This document shows, piece after piece, positions 49,951 through 63,924 of a stretch of 64,000 nt of DNA. Origin of the DNA: Kondoa subrosea. Lineage: Eukaryota. Below the pieces are notes generated by a model. The model was given only the letters and a program-made list of their open reading frames with translations. It had not been told where the DNA came from and did no database searches. How positions within the stretch are numbered: the first letter of the stretch is position 1; every line of letters starts with the position of its first letter. The stretch spans positions 391,804 to 455,803 of the forward strand of contig BCIN01000010.1 of the NCBI GenBank assembly GCA_039545335.1, given 5' to 3'. The translations under genes were made by a program, and so were the position numbers.

Positions 49951-52870
49951 ATGGTATTGAAACTCGTGCATTTGCAGATGGCAGTAGGAAGCAGAGATCT
50001 CATTCGTTATTATGACCAAGACGTCGAGTCGAGTGGCATGCTTCGACACCCGCCCAGTACGACCTTGACAGCTGAAGCGCGCAACAGTCCTGATAAGACG
50101 GGCGACCTCTCACCTGGAGCTGCGAATCTCTTCGAAGCCGATTACACAGACGAGCGAGCAATCAAAGCCTTTGCAGCAGCTTTAGCAGCTACCAGCGATG
50201 CTGATCCTTATTCGAATCCTCCTTCATCCAACCCAGTTTCCGTTCGAGCTCTGCATGACTTTGCGCCTATAAAACAACGCATTCGGAAAGTTGGGGTTCC
50301 AGGATTGAAAGCTGGCAGCAGAGATGTCGTACGAGAAGGATGGGCGTATGATCTGAGCAGATGGCCATTGCTTGCTTTGCTCTTCACTCTCATTACCGTC
50401 GAATTCGTCATGTACATCTTGGTTCGTCAAGCGGTCAATGTGGTCGAGTACGGCTGGTATTGGTGGGGAAGAAAGCACAAGCTTAGAAAGGCGCTGCGAG
50501 AAGCACCGGATTACCCTAGTTGGAAGGCTGCAGCACTCAAAATGGATGAATGTCTCGGGTTTCACCTTTGGAAACGCAATGCTGTCTATTCGTACTATGA
50601 TTCTCCGCTAGTCAAACGAGTTCGGGATAATCTGCGGCAGTTAAGACAGAAGGGCGATGCAGAATCTGTTCGCACTGTCTTGGAAAGTGCGTCTACTGTT
50701 TTTGAGTTCGAGTGTCGCTAAGTGCGTGTCAGTCTGCCTGCGATCGAATTTTGCTGGCCTAGAATCTGCGCGCATGTATTCGGAGACCTACTATGGAACC
50801 AAAGGTATACCAAAGGAGATTGTCAAGCGAAATGTTCTGACATCTGCTTCAGATCTCGTCGAAGACTATCAGAACGAAATCGAAGCCTCTCTTCAGTACA
50901 TTCGAACTACTCCTGATCTGACCAAGGAAGAGAAGGCTGCCTTCTTCAGGCAAATTTCGAGACATTTCGGTTCGACTGCCTTGTGCTTAAGGTATTTTGT
51001 CTCTTTCTGGCACGCTTCGAAAGTTATCTTACTCTCTATTTTAGTGGAGGTGCCAGCTTTGGCTACTACCACTCCGGCGTGGTCAGAGCTTTGTTGGATG
51101 CGGATCTTTTGCCTCGTGTGATGAGTGGAACCTCTGCTGGCGCCCTAAGTCAGTCAATTGGTAACCGTTTACGAATATAGTAGAGCTTATTTACCTGCTC
51201 TACAGTTGCTGCTCTAGTCTGCACACGAACAAATGAAGAACTCAAGGTCTTGCTTGCTCCAGAACTTGCCGATAAGATCACAGCTTGCGAAGATGACTTC
51301 AGTGTGTGGGCAAAACGTGCTTGGAAGACAGGCGCTCGATTTGATCCTATAGACTGGGCAAGAAAAGCAACGTTCTTCACTCTGGGCTCTATGACCTTCC
51401 GCGAGGCTTACGAGCGCACAGGCCGAGTCCTGAACGTCTCAGTCGTGGTAAGTAGCGCTTCCTCAGGTCCGTAAAATCTTTGACCCATGAGATTATTCGC
51501 CTACAGCCGTTCGAAAACCACTCGCCTACCAAGCTACTCAATTATCTCACTGCACCAGACTGTTTGATATTTACTGCATGTCTCGCTTCTGCTGCTGTTC
51601 CCGGCATTTTACCTCCAGTCGTACTTCTCACTAAGAAACCCAATGGCGATATTGTTCCATGGGAGTACCAAGGGAAGCACAAAGATGGAAGTCTGCGCGT
51701 TGACAGTACGTTACTTAGCGATATCTCCTTATACGCCTAACTGAAAATGATGTTCGAGCAGTTCCACTACAAAGTCTACATTTGCTCTTTAATTGCAACT
51801 TCTCGATCGTCAGTCAAGTGAATCCACACATCAGCTTATTCTTGTCAGTCTCATCACTACGAAGTCTGCTGATGCTGAATGCGATTGTGTATCAGCTTTC
51901 AACCTCGAGGATCTCCTGGTCGGCCCGTTTCGCATCGGTAGGCAATAGCCCATATCTTGAGCACTTCTCATACTGACACTTGTCTAGTCGAGGCAAGGGC
52001 TGGCGAGGTGGCTTCTTGCTTTCGGCTGCGGAGCAGTATTTGAAGATAGAACTCACCAAAAACTTCAGAGTAGGCTGAGTTAGCGCCAAATATATCGATT
52101 GCTCACATGTCATCTTTCAGGTCATTCGTGATCTCGAACTACTGCCTTTGATGGCTGGAACAAATTGGTCTAGTGTCTTCTTGTCGGTAAAGTCAATCCT
52201 CGCTTTGCTATATAACTCATATGGAATTTCAGGCAACGCTTTGATGGCTCTGTTACAATTTGGCCACGGGCAAGAGCAAAGGATTGGATCCGTATCTTGA
52301 CAGATCCAGATCGCAAAGAACTAGCTCGAATGATGGATGTTGGCTTGCGAGCAACTTGGCCCAAGATTCATATGATTGACAATCGAATGAAGTAAGTTCA
52401 CTATGAGCGTTGCATTGGGTTGCGTGGAACTAAATGTTGGACTGTTCAGAGTGGAAAGACAAATTGACAAAGGAAGAGAAGAAGCTCGCGAGGCGCTAAG
52501 AGTACAAGGAGGCGCTTATCCTAGTCAAGCACCTACAACAGATTTCGAAAGCGCTGCTGAAAGTGATCTTGATTTCGAGAAGACCCCAAGAAGGCAAATT
52601 CGAAAAACAGTACATGAAAGAGCAGCAACCGTAGCTGCAGGAGATCAAGATGCTAATCACAATCAATTGAAGCGCGAAGAGATTATGCGACGTTTGGGTA
52701 TCAAAAAGACGAGTCAAACTGCGCCTGGTTCGGGTAAGAAGAAGGTTGTGCGGAGAAGGTTTTCAATGGGCGATGCTATGGGAGAAGCTGGGTCGACAAG
52801 TCAGCATTATTCTTCCGCTGTCAGCTCTAGCGATTTGTCAAGTGGAGAAGAGGAGGAAGAAGAGCATTAA
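49951..52870 (+). CDS. Patatin-like triacylglycerol lipase/phospholipase (Tgl3/4/5-type, DUF3336 N-terminus)
   Basis: TALCLSGGASFGYYH, catalytic GTSAG, SAAVPG, DGS and VSQVNPH, with an N-terminal TM helix. The start codon is uncertain. Confidence 0.92.
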
Positions 52871-52940
52871 GAAAATGATTAGTTTTCGATGTGTAAATAC
52901 TTTAGCATGTATACTCGCATTTTGATATTCCCTGTATGAT

Positions 52941-54215
52941 CTAATCTAAAGCAGGAGATGCTACCCTTCTTTGTGCACCAGCAGGCGCAGAACTTCCGCC
53001 TCCACCACCAAACAATGAACCCATTAAGTTATTCAACATGTCATTCCCTTGTTGAGGCTTCTTGAGTCCAAAATAAATCTCGTCGAGCCTTGTTTTGCTC
53101 GCTTTGAGCGTTGCAGCTTTCAACCAAGGAATATCTTTCTCGTATTTTTGCCATAAGGCTGTCCATGCTGTTCGACCTGCTCCTTTTGCTCCCGTTGTAG
53201 CCAAAGGAGATCCAACACCGACTTGACAGCATAATATAGCCATTTGCAAGAAATTCAGTGCGGGAAGAGTAGTAACAATAAAGTGTTCTTCTTCAGCACT
53301 GAGTTTGCTTGGAATAGTGATTGAGGATTGATCGTAAGAATATGAAGGATTTGCAGAAAGGAAGAGATGAAGGAAATGTTGAAGGAAACTGCGGGCTCCA
53401 GTTATAGATGAGTTTTGCAAGTAGGAGAAAACACCTCGGGCGGCATATCGACCCGACCCCATTACTTTATGGCCATCTAGAAGTGACCAATCATAGAGCA
53501 TTTGGGCCAGAGCACGAGCTGCGTCGCGTGTTTGAGCAGCGAGGAAGTGAGGTTCAGCAGCTGCGTAGTCTTTTTCTGTATTGAATGAGGTTAGGTCCAT
53601 CACACAGCTTGACATCGTTCACTAACCTTTTGCTAGCATTTCACCGATATATAGATGCAATTGAGCGTCTCCAGCTGGCGATTCTCCGGTCTTTGCGGTC
53701 CAGCTGCAGATTAATAGTCAAACTTGGCAGAGGTCGTAAAGACTGCAGCGCTTACTTGATAGCTGCATGGATCAACGATATTCTCCAGGACTCACTTCGT
53801 CCGCAAAGAGATATCAGCTGAGTGATTTGAGCTGATCGCAATATGAGCCCTTTCGCAACCTCAATCAAGCTAAACACGTACCTCTCTCCTCGTCACCACA
53901 TGGAACATCATGCGTAGCCCAAGTATCGATAAGATATAGACCCAGATCTGTTCCACTGCCCGCTTGACCTTTCTGCAACAACGCCTGAGCGCAAGTAAAG
54001 AGCATCGTTGCCGCTTCTTTAGCCTTGTCATCGTATTCAGTGCCTTTGAGTAAACGAGCAGCCGTACTTCGCTATCAACAGACGTTTGAGTTGTGTACGG
54101 GAACGACAAAGTCGGAAGCCAAACATACAGCTTTCAGGTGAGCGCTGTAATAGTCTTCATCTCCAACCAGTCGCAGGATAAGATCATTCGTTTTGGCTGT
54201 GGATGGAGCTGGCAT
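52941..54215 (-). CDS. GET4: Golgi-to-ER traffic protein 4 (DUF410)
   Basis: DYYSAHLK, LLQKGQAGSGTDL, AEPHFL and PALNFLQM, ending IYFG...NDMLNNLMGSLFGG. Confidence 0.9.
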
Positions 54216-54599
54216 GCTTTCACTTCACTTCACTTGATGGTGTTGGACAACCTACATTCGCCGGTTTGACCTAGTACAACGAATGTCTACCAAGTGTCTA
54301 TCTCGCTTGCGCTGTCGTCTTGCCAAGTCCTCTTGCTGCTCTCATATTGATGAGCTGGTATCTTTGATGCTCTTCGCCCATCATTCTGACTTCACTCTGA
54401 CTTGGCTGGATGTCATGTTCGCTTCAAGCTGCTGACCAGGCGAGCCTTAGTTGCTGAGGGTTCCTTCGTATCTCTCGTGTATCTTTTATATAGGAATGCC
54501 TCTCATAGCCCTTTGTCCAGCGGTGCTCATGAAGTTGACTTCGCAGAAGTCTTCGCTCTTTCCCTCTCTTCTCAATCAACTCTCTGTATCCAGGGTCAA

Positions 54600-56068
54600 A
54601 TGGCAAGCATATCTACTTGCGAGCCTGACAACGAGTTGAGCGGGCCCCTTCTATGGCAATCTCCGTCACTGAGCAATGCAGAACTCCGATCAGAATCATG
54701 CCCTTCTGCTTCTCTGCGGTTTTTCGGTGGTGCTTGCTACATATCAAATCTACCAGTCGAGACTCTGGACGAGATTGCTTTGGCCTGCCTAGCATTTGAT
54801 CGAGATACTGCTCGTAGGACACTTTGCGCTTTGGCTCTGTCAAGTAGACAAATAACTCTGTCGGCGCAACGGGCCCTCCTGCATCGTCTTCATCTGTATC
54901 ATCCTCTCTCAATGGACTTGTTAGGCGAAACCCTTACTGCCAATCCAAAGTTAGGCAGAAGTTGCAGAATATTGGATCTACATATCGCTCCCCCTGGTAG
55001 CAATATCACTCGTAGGAAGATCAGTCTGGAGATCTCTCAACGTAGTCAGCTATTGGGTCTGACATTCTCTCGTGCGTTGTTTCTGAGCCAATTCAAAACT
55101 GTTCTCTGATATTGATTGATAATAGTTAGCCATCTTTCTCAGGTCTCGCATGTCAATCTCGTGTGCGACTATGACGCACCTGAAAGCCTGATCTTGCTAC
55201 TTATGGCACGCCTAACTCAAGTCAAACACTTTACTCTATCCTCTTCCTCTGGCTATAAGAAACAGGTCTATATCACTTCCAGAGTCATGGATATTATCAT
55301 TGGCGGATGGAAGACCCTAGTAAGCTCTAAATCACGTTGAGTTCGAGGCACAAGTGACGAATAGCTAGGAGCACGTTTCATTTGTCATGCCATGGGCTAT
55401 ATTAGCTGGTCTCTCCATTCCTAGCAAAGCAATCTTACCGGCAGCGCAATCGTCCATAGCTCAAGCTCGTCTCCAATCTCTGGAGATATCCGGCTATCGT
55501 GGCTCATTGGCAACCTTAGCTTCGATACTACAAGCGGCTAGACAATGCAAAGAGCTAAGGAAACTGTCTTTCGATTGTCCTTTAGAGTTAGTTCCAATGG
55601 TTTTATTATCTCCGAGCTCTGATGGATTCGGACAGCGAGCAAGGATGGGATGAGCTACATGAAGTAATCAGTGCAAGTTTCGAGCCCTATCAGCTTAAGT
55701 CGTTCGCCCTCTGGTCATGGTCTTACTCTTTTAGGAAGCCTCTGCTACATTTACTATCACGATCGCTAACACTCTCATCATTGCAACATATCACCATTTC
55801 TGCAAGTGACTTGAGCTCTTCCGTCATCGACGCCTTACCCAAATCTCTCGTAAGATTGGTCATCTGCACTCATACAGAATATGCTCCTATGGCCGAAGCG
55901 GAGCTTGCCAGTGCCCTACTACTCTCGAATTTGAAGAGCTTAAAGGAAGTGCTGCTGTATAACCCAAGTGCGAAAATAGACGATACACCAAGCTCAAGTT
56001 GGAAGATTTTGTTCGCACATGGTATCATTGTGGAAGTCGTCAACTCAGCAGATTCGTTGAAGTTGTAA
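54600..56068 (+). CDS. F-box-like / leucine-rich protein of unknown function
   Basis: ISNLPVETLDEIA...LCALALSSR F-box-like motif followed by LRR-like segments, across three exons with GT-AG introns. Confidence 0.6.
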
Positions 56069-56224
56069 GCCGGTGCAAAAGTAATAGACCAAACAATGTA
56101 TCCACATGCAAAAACGTCACAAGTACTTCCGCCAAACATTTCCACACCATAAACCAAAACCAGACAATCAAACGCTACTCTTCTCCATTCATTATCTTGC
56201 GGGCTGACTTAAGCGGGAGATGCT

Positions 56225-57079
56225 TTAGATAGTGCTCCAGCAACACTAGACAGCGCAACTGAGTACTAATGAAGACCTTAAGCAACGAGCTTACCAGAAC
56301 TTGCTGCGACCTAGATTCTTAGGACATTGCGCTTGATTGATAACTAGAGTACCTTGATCAGCTCAAGCATCTCTCCGCCGGGATGGAAGAACTCACCAAT
56401 ACCAGCACCATTCAGACCTTGGTAATCGCACATCAATACAGGTTTGCCATACATCTTCAAGCTGTATTGGCACTGCTGAGTAAAATTGTTGATGTTCTGA
56501 TCGATCCAGCTGTCGATGAGCAGGTAAATACAAAGCGTATAGCACAATAGTAAGACGCACAAAGTAGCAGCTTGCTTCAAATACAGATTACCAGAGCGGA
56601 GAGGACACGCAGTGGCGCAGAATGAACCTTTGGAGCTACTCTTTTCAACTGTCGCAGGACAGCCAGCTTCCTTCTTGAGTAAATGACCTGTAGCGCCGTC
56701 ATAGTTGCACTTGGTTTGCAGACGTTTGTTGTTATAGATGCATTGTAGACTGCTGTGATTCTTCTTTGACGATGTGACGAATACTTCGGCTTTGCCTGAC
56801 ACCAGACTTGCACTTGATAATTTGGGACAATTGAGATCTATGCAAAGTACATGAGCATGGCGGGGACCAAGATAAAGCGTGTACTGCACATTCTGATGTT
56901 GCGAGACTGGCCCTGAGTATTTAATATGCAATGAGCACGCGGCCGAGTAAACGAAAGCAAACAACCAACGAAGAGCCTACGCCACCAGCACTCTGTTTTG
57001 TAGTAGAAGGAGCCTTGGGAGTAGAAGCCGCGTTGGTAACGGCTAGGAAAGTCAGGACAAGAAGCGAAAAGAATTGCAT
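56225..57079 (-). CDS. Secreted cysteine-rich repeat protein
   Basis: Signal peptide MQFFSLLVLTFLAVTNA, then three repeats of the type CP...L...CxY...CxY...G...CP. The 3' end is approximate. Confidence 0.7.
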
Positions 57080-57426
57080 GTTTGGAAAAGAGCGTGATTG
57101 CTGAAGAGCTTGAAGTGAATGACAAAGCAGAAAGGAGTTCAAGAGATTGGAAGTATACGGTATGAGAGAAGAGTAGACAAGAGCAATATTGCCAGATCCT
57201 AGGTGATATAGATAGATTGTTTGTAAAACCGTTGACGCGAATCGGAGCGTTATAAAGTTCCGCGCGGTCACCGCTCGATTACCCACGGGGTAGCTTAGCA
57301 AGCAATCTCTTAGCAATTCTTAGCGTGCAAGTGAAGGGCAACAGCCGAAACCATCCCATTATTGCATTGTTGCTGAAGAAGTAAAGAAATGTCCGAAAAA
57401 TGTTAGCCCGAAATTACTCTTTGAGA

Positions 57427-58635
57427 TCAGCACTTCCAGCTTGCCTATATACTAGTCAGTCATTGACTCGATAGAGGTCGCGGGACTTACATCCGGTTTG
57501 GGAAGCGTCTTGCTGTAGACGGCTTGATAAGGTGAGATTCCCAAGCAGTCTGAAACTGAGACGAGTTTGTAACCGGACTTCTTCAATGCCTGCAGAATAC
57601 TCTATTAAGATTGACTGAAATCTGCAGAACCTAGCATACCTTGATCGCGGCCGGAATCAAGGTGTCAACGGTACTTTCGTAAGGTGAATGATTGAGAGCA
57701 ATACCAGGCTGCGGGAAAGATTTGGCGATCTTCTGATAGTCCTTGATAGCTTGCGTTGTGGGTGTCGGTGGCTCGTCCGCATCGCCAGAAGCATATGACC
57801 AGTTGACCACTGAAGGAGTCGAATTAGTACATTTACAGCGCATCTCGTCGACTAACCTGTATAATTCCTACTGGCTAGTACTTTGAGAGCATTGGCGTTG
57901 TATGATCCATAAGGCGGTCTGAACAGCTCTGGATTCGGTATCAGCTTCAGTCAGAGTCATTAGCTATATCTTACTTGGCTTGATGTTCAAGATCTTCTTG
58001 AGCGCAACTTCAACCTGTAATACTTCATCAGCGAGCTATATTTGTTGAATGACTCAACCTTTTACCTTGTCCAGCTCTGCATTAAGTTGTTTGGACGAGA
58101 GTGTAGCAATATCCTTGTGATCCCAGGTGTGCGAGCTGTAAGTTGGGTAAGAATGTTTGTTTGACCACCGCCTCGACATCTGACTAACCCAATGACATGT
58201 CCAGCTTTGTAAACCGCTTGCAAGGATTCCCATTTATCATAAATGCAGTCCCAGTTGTTGCCATTGACGAACCACTGTAGAAGCGCTTCGGCACAATGAT
58301 AAATGCAAAACCCGCAACACGTACTGTTCCTTTTGCGTTGTTGGTGGTCAGCAGTTTGGAAAGCTTTTGGTCGTAATCGCTTTAGCACAAAATCAGCATA
58401 AGCATTAGGTGGTAGAAGGGGGCGTACTAGGGACCGTCATCGAAGGTAAGGGCGTCTGTTCATATCGTATCGTCAAATTAGTCAAGAGATCAACTCAGCT
58501 AAAACGAAGGAAGGAGTACGAACAAGTGCCAGATTTCTTGCACGTTGTGATGACTTTGGGAGCTCTCGGTTCTAGTTCTGCAAATGCTGGACCAAAGAGA
58601 CAAGATGCCGCTAAGATGACTGAGAAGAATTTCAT
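57427..58635 (-). CDS. Secreted polysaccharide/chitin deacetylase (CE4, NodB domain)
   Basis: Signal peptide and CE4 motifs ALTFDDGP, SHTWDH, FRPPYG and IALNH, then YKLVSVSDCLG and C-terminal WKC*. Confidence 0.92.
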
Positions 58636-59293
58636 TGTGGTATTCAAGGGGTTCTGAAAGAGTGTGGATTCAAATGAATGTGGTTTGGTAAAGGAGCGTG
58701 GTTGTATAGGACAAGCGAGAAAGACGAAAAGTGGGAGAACTGGAAGAGACGTGCTAGTATAGGAAGAAGAAGAAGAAGAGCAAAGAAATGGATCCGTGGG
58801 TAAACAAAACAATCAAGCCGGGGTCCACGTTATGATCAAGCGGGATCCTGAGAACGCTAATGCTGGACAGACACTGGATCTTGCTGAGGTTATCACTAGT
58901 GGTCACAAGCATTTAAAGGCGGCCCAAAAAAGACTGTTGCATTCCAACTTCATCTGACACAGGCAAATCAGACGCTTCTTGTACTATACTTGTTCCAAAT
59001 GATGTAGTAATGCAGTTTGAGTGCTCTTTACTGTAGCGTCTGACAGAACCGCATTGTGGAGTCTTGACTTTGACATTTGGGTTTTATCATGATTCATTAT
59101 GAAGCGACTTCTTCCAGTCTTGCGAATAAAGCTCTAGCTGTGAATTGCGCCTTCAATGATACTCGGGAGAAGAGGTATAGCAGTCGAGCGAAGGCCAAAC
59201 AGATCGTCGAGACAGTCCAAGAGAAGACGGCTCTTTCAAGAACGGCGAAGTCCAGCAAATCGTCATTTTTGATACCATTGGTCAGCTATAGAC

Positions 59294-60497
59294 ATGGACG
59301 CCGCATTACTGCAAGGAATCCAGAAAGGCAAAGGGCTCAAGAAAGTTGACAAGAGCCAAATCAAAGATGCAAGTGCACCGCTCATTGAAGGTCAGTCTTC
59401 GAGACGCTTCTGTGGCATTGCAGCTCATGTTTTGGTCAAACAGGCAAGACTTCAATCGCATCATCAGGCGGAGGAGGGTCAGCTTCAGCTGGTAGAGCCT
59501 CTGCACCTTCAGTCCCAAGTTCTGCACCTCAGTTAGGCGGATTGTTTGCTGGAGGGATGCCTACATTGAAGAAGACTGGTGCTCCAGGGGCTTCGACTAT
59601 GCTGGGTAAATACGGACATCTGATTCCTGAAATAAAGTGCTTACTGATTTCAATCGATCAGCTTCAGCACCAAAGATACCTAGTGCGCCTAAAGCACCTG
59701 CACCAGCAACGCCTAGTCCGGCACCTAGCAGAGCTCCTCCTGCGCCTGTCAGGTAAGATTCTCTCTTTGGCGATATTGACATTCGAAATCTAAGTTTCGT
59801 CAACAAAGGTCAAATGCTCCTAAAGCACCTCCGCCACCACCTTCTAGAGCTCCTCCGCCTCCTTCTCGTCCTTCTGCCCCTGCCGTTGCACCTAGACCGC
59901 CTAGCAGAGTCGTAACCCCAAGTTTCTCACAACCTGAAGAAGAACCAGAAGCGCCAAACCGAGCTGCGCCTAGTGTTCCATCTCGCGCACCTCCTCCACC
60001 TATTGCGCCTCGTAAGTTTTCTTGTGGCTTTGCTTTGATACGCTGATTTCTTTTCATTCAAAGCTCCGCCTTCTCGTGCAATGCCAAATCCAGTTTCACG
60101 TCCATCTTCAATCGCAACGCCACCACCACCTCCGCCTCCTCCTCCTCCGGCGCCAGCGACAAATAACAATGCACCTTCTCGAGCCTTGCCTCAAGCTATT
60201 GCACCGCCAACAAGAACTCTACCACAATCCATTCCTCCTCCTTCTCCTCAATCAAACAATTTCTCTTCTTCAACTAATTCAAACAGACGTATGTTCTTTT
60301 TCTTTCTTCTCAACCTATTTGTATGAACTGATTCAAAATGGTACTTGTTTTGTAAAGCCGCTTCACCACCACCTAATTTCGGTAGTCGGTTCTTCCCTAA
60401 TAATACTCAATTCCCACCACCTAGAGCATTCGTCCCTCAAAGAAGAGAATATCGAAGTGGGAAAACAGGTGGAACGGATTTCAAGATGATGGCTTGA
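59294..60497 (+). CDS. VRP1: Verprolin/WIP-like actin regulator (WH2, Pro-rich)
   Basis: WH2 ALLQGIQKGKGLKKV..KDASAP, second motif LGGLFAGGMPTLKK, a polyproline body and C-terminal FPPPRAF...YRSG. Confidence 0.88.
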
Positions 60498-60706
60498 GCT
60501 CTTTTTGTTTGAGATAAAGAGCGGACAAGATGTTTGTTGCAGCCCTATTCTGACAAGCTGAAGAGTCGTGAAGGCAGCATGAGAAGATGATAACCTCCTT
60601 GTTCGTTGCAAGCTTGATCGTACTTCACTCCAATCTGAACGCGGAGGCTGAAACTGGCGAAGAAAGGACAATTGACAATGTACAGAGTGTGCATAGGGAA
60701 CAGAGA

Positions 60707-61690
60707 TTATTGCAAAGGTTTCTTAGCCGCAAAGAAATAGTTGACCAATTGACTCTTGCTCGTTGACTTATCGCTCAATTTCCAATCGCCTTTCAAAGGA
60801 TTGTACATTACTCCTCTCGTTTCACAATCAGCTGTAGGATATCCTAATTCTTTGGTAAAGAAGGAAGTGAGTTCGTGAGGTTTGAGGTATTTCGCATAAG
60901 AATGAGTTCCAGGTGAAACGAAGCCGAACAAAGGGTTTTCTGCTATTGTGATAGTCAGAAGCTTGGCTAGAGGTGTCCGAGAGATAGTAGAGAGAACCAA
61001 GTGGCCTCCAGGCTGTTTGCGATCAGCGAAAAAGGTTAAACAAGATCTGAAGAGCCAACCTTTGTAAGCGAGGAAAGACAGCGTAAGAATCCTCGAGGAT
61101 CATCTACATGTTCTACTACTTCCATAGAGCAGACCAAGTCATACTGTGCACCTTGAGCGACCAGATCTTCAGCAGCACAGTGCTTATATGTCAAGTTCGA
61201 AAGCTTCGGATCTTGCGATGCATGTAATGTAGCGATCTTGATGTTGCTTTCAGCAGCGTCAATTCCTTGCACCCTGCCTCCAAGTCTAGCCAAGCACTGT
61301 TGCTTCTTAGTCGAAGTCGCATGCAATGCTAATGGCAGCTTACTTCCGAGAACAATCCTCCTCCGCAACCAACATCCAACACAGAGCGACCATCCAACAG
61401 CTTCCCTTGATCTATTCCATGCCCGTCAGTAAGCAGGCGATCCCTCAGAAATTGAGTTCTGCTTGAGTTCATCTTATGTAGCACAGCGAATTCGCCCTGT
61501 GAGCAGCCAACATAGGAATAAGGATCACATATTCCTTATCAGTCTCATAGCCTACGACAGGATTCCACCATTGCGAGCTCAGTCTTGAGAAATGCTCGAT
61601 TTCAGATTGCGAGACTGTCGAGATCAATCGTTTCCCAGAGAGCAGACGTCGAGCAGAGCGCGGTATAGAGGTCATTGGTATTCCAGCCAT
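60707..61690 (-). CDS. COQ3: Ubiquinone biosynthesis O-methyltransferase
   Basis: EIEHFSRLSSQWWNP.GEF.LLHKMN, SAM motif LDVGCGGGL, MEVVEHV, LSTISRT and GTHSYAKY. Confidence 0.93.
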
Positions 61691-61826
61691 ATAGTTCAGG
61701 GTATAAATGCGCTGGATCTCTTCAATGAGTGTCGTCGAGACCGGTCAAATCAATGCAAGACTGAATGCTGAAATGGTGCGTGATGTATGCAATGAGTATG
61801 CAATGCTTCCTCCTGCTCCTCCTCCC

Positions 61827-63924
61827 CTACTTCGCCTTAGGCTTTGCCTTTACAGTAGTCTTGGTCCCAGCCTTGACTGCAGTTTTCGCACCAGGTTTAG
61901 CTGCTACTTTTCTAACCACTTTAGGCGGAGGAGCTTTCAACAATTCTGCTGCCGCATCTTCCTCTTTTTTGATTTTGATTGCTTCTTTCACTTCAGCTCG
62001 TTTGATGTTCAAGTCCTTGAGCATTTGATCCACGTCAGGTCTGACGACGAATTTGCGGAAAGTTTGATCCAAGATATAGAGTCCAGGTTCTACAGGTCGA
62101 TCTCTGTTCTCTTCGTTCTCAGCGAAAGTGTGATCACGTTTCAGAGGTGGGATAGAGTTCTTTGGTTCATCGACTTGAACAGCAAATTGCTGAAGGAAAG
62201 AAATAGGAGCAGCAGGTAAGAGCTGTTTCGATACATATCAGCATATATCTGTCTACTAAATTACAATGACTTACATCATGTACCAACCGTTTCTTGCCAT
62301 GACCAATGTGTAGTCTGACTCTTCCAGACCGATGAACTCTCAAAGTACCCATCAATCCATTAGCTTGATGTTCTGTAAACTTCCTTCCCTTTTTTCCGCC
62401 TGACTTGCCCCATTCTTGCCAGTAACCAGGCCTATAATCGTTCGGGTTGACTTTGGCATTGGTTTTCGATTTGACGTCTTTCTTTACTTCTGCATCCCCT
62501 GCCAAAATATCATCGATTTTAGAAGTTGACGCTGCTGGAGCAGGCTGCGCTGAGTAGAAAGTAGGGAAAGCACGAGGGAATTGGAAGAGGTAGAACTCTT
62601 CATTCGGATGTACACCCTGCAGCTTAATATTAGATCAAAGTTTGTGTTAATTAGGGACCTCGCCTACATGGTCAGGCATGAAACCAGAAGCGACTTCTTC
62701 TTTTCTCACTACATCAGGTCCTTTCTTTGCAGGTTGCGCAGTCTCTTCTGGTGCTGCTGAAGGTTTCGGTTTCTCCTTTTCTTCGACATCCATCGGCACA
62801 ACAGGAGAAGAATCGCCGGACGTGGATGAAGCTCCAGGTGTTGCTGTTCTACTCAGCACTGATTGAACATCTGAATCATCCATTGGTTCATCTTTGACTT
62901 TTTCCGATGGAGCAGGAGGTGGTAAGGCTTTCGAAATCTGATCGTGCAAATCTTTGGAAGGATCAGGCAAATAATCATCTTCCGGCTGTTGAGTATCCGG
63001 TAATTCAGTCAATTCGGCGTCAGCTTCAGTGATGAGCTGTTCTTCTTCTCCAGTAACTTGAGTATCGTCAGGAGGTAATGTAAGGGGAGCCATTTCATCT
63101 TCTAAACCGATGTTGGCCATGTCGATAACAATAGTCTTGCCATTGGATCCTGTTCCAGTCTTCATTTCATCTTCATCTGATTCGCCGTCGTCCCAATCTG
63201 GATCATCAACAGTAGCCAATGCAGGACCAGTAGGTTTGCTTGATGATGAGGAACCAGAATCTCCTCCTGATCGTCCACCGCTACTCCATCCACCTCCTCC
63301 AGCAATTGCTCTCAAAGCATTTGCTTTCTCTGCGATAACAATCAGTGAAGATAATATCGAATGAGAGCGTTAAAGCTGACTTTGAGCTGATGGACCTAAA
63401 GCGAAAGCACCACTGGCTGTTTGTACTATAGGAGCACGTCCTCTTCCTCTGGTCTTGAGTCCGCCTCGCAAAGAAGGTTCAGGTTCTTCCTGAGGAGAGA
63501 GTAAGCATCTGATAAGATCACATGGAAATTAGACAAACTAGCTTGACTGGCACTCTAAGAATAATAGTATTGAGATATAGTGAATGGTAATAAGTACAGA
63601 TGCTCACTCTTCCAACTTAGGTTTCCTCTTTACGTTTGTAGGCACAAATTTCGTTCCAGAAGCTGTGGGAGTCTTTCGAGTATAATCTTTCTTGCCTAAC
63701 AAAGCAGCCATATTGGTAGACGACGAAGTAGGTACAGGTATCGTCCCAAATGTGCGAGTGATTTGAGGTAAAGGGATTGCAGCTGAACCAGACCGACTTC
63801 GTTCTTGCTCTGCTTCGTCTGAGTTGTTGGCTTCTTCATCGTCTGAAAGATCTGCTCGCTGTGAGAGCGAAGATCCTCCTCTGCCTCTTCCACGCCCTCT
63901 TCCACGACTGCCTCGAGCTGACAT
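61827..63924 (-). CDS. RPC53: RNA polymerase III subunit RPC4/C53
   Basis: KFVPTNVKR, AFALGP, YLFQFP, C-terminal GLMGTLRVHRSGRVRLHIG and KFVVRPD. Confidence 0.85.
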
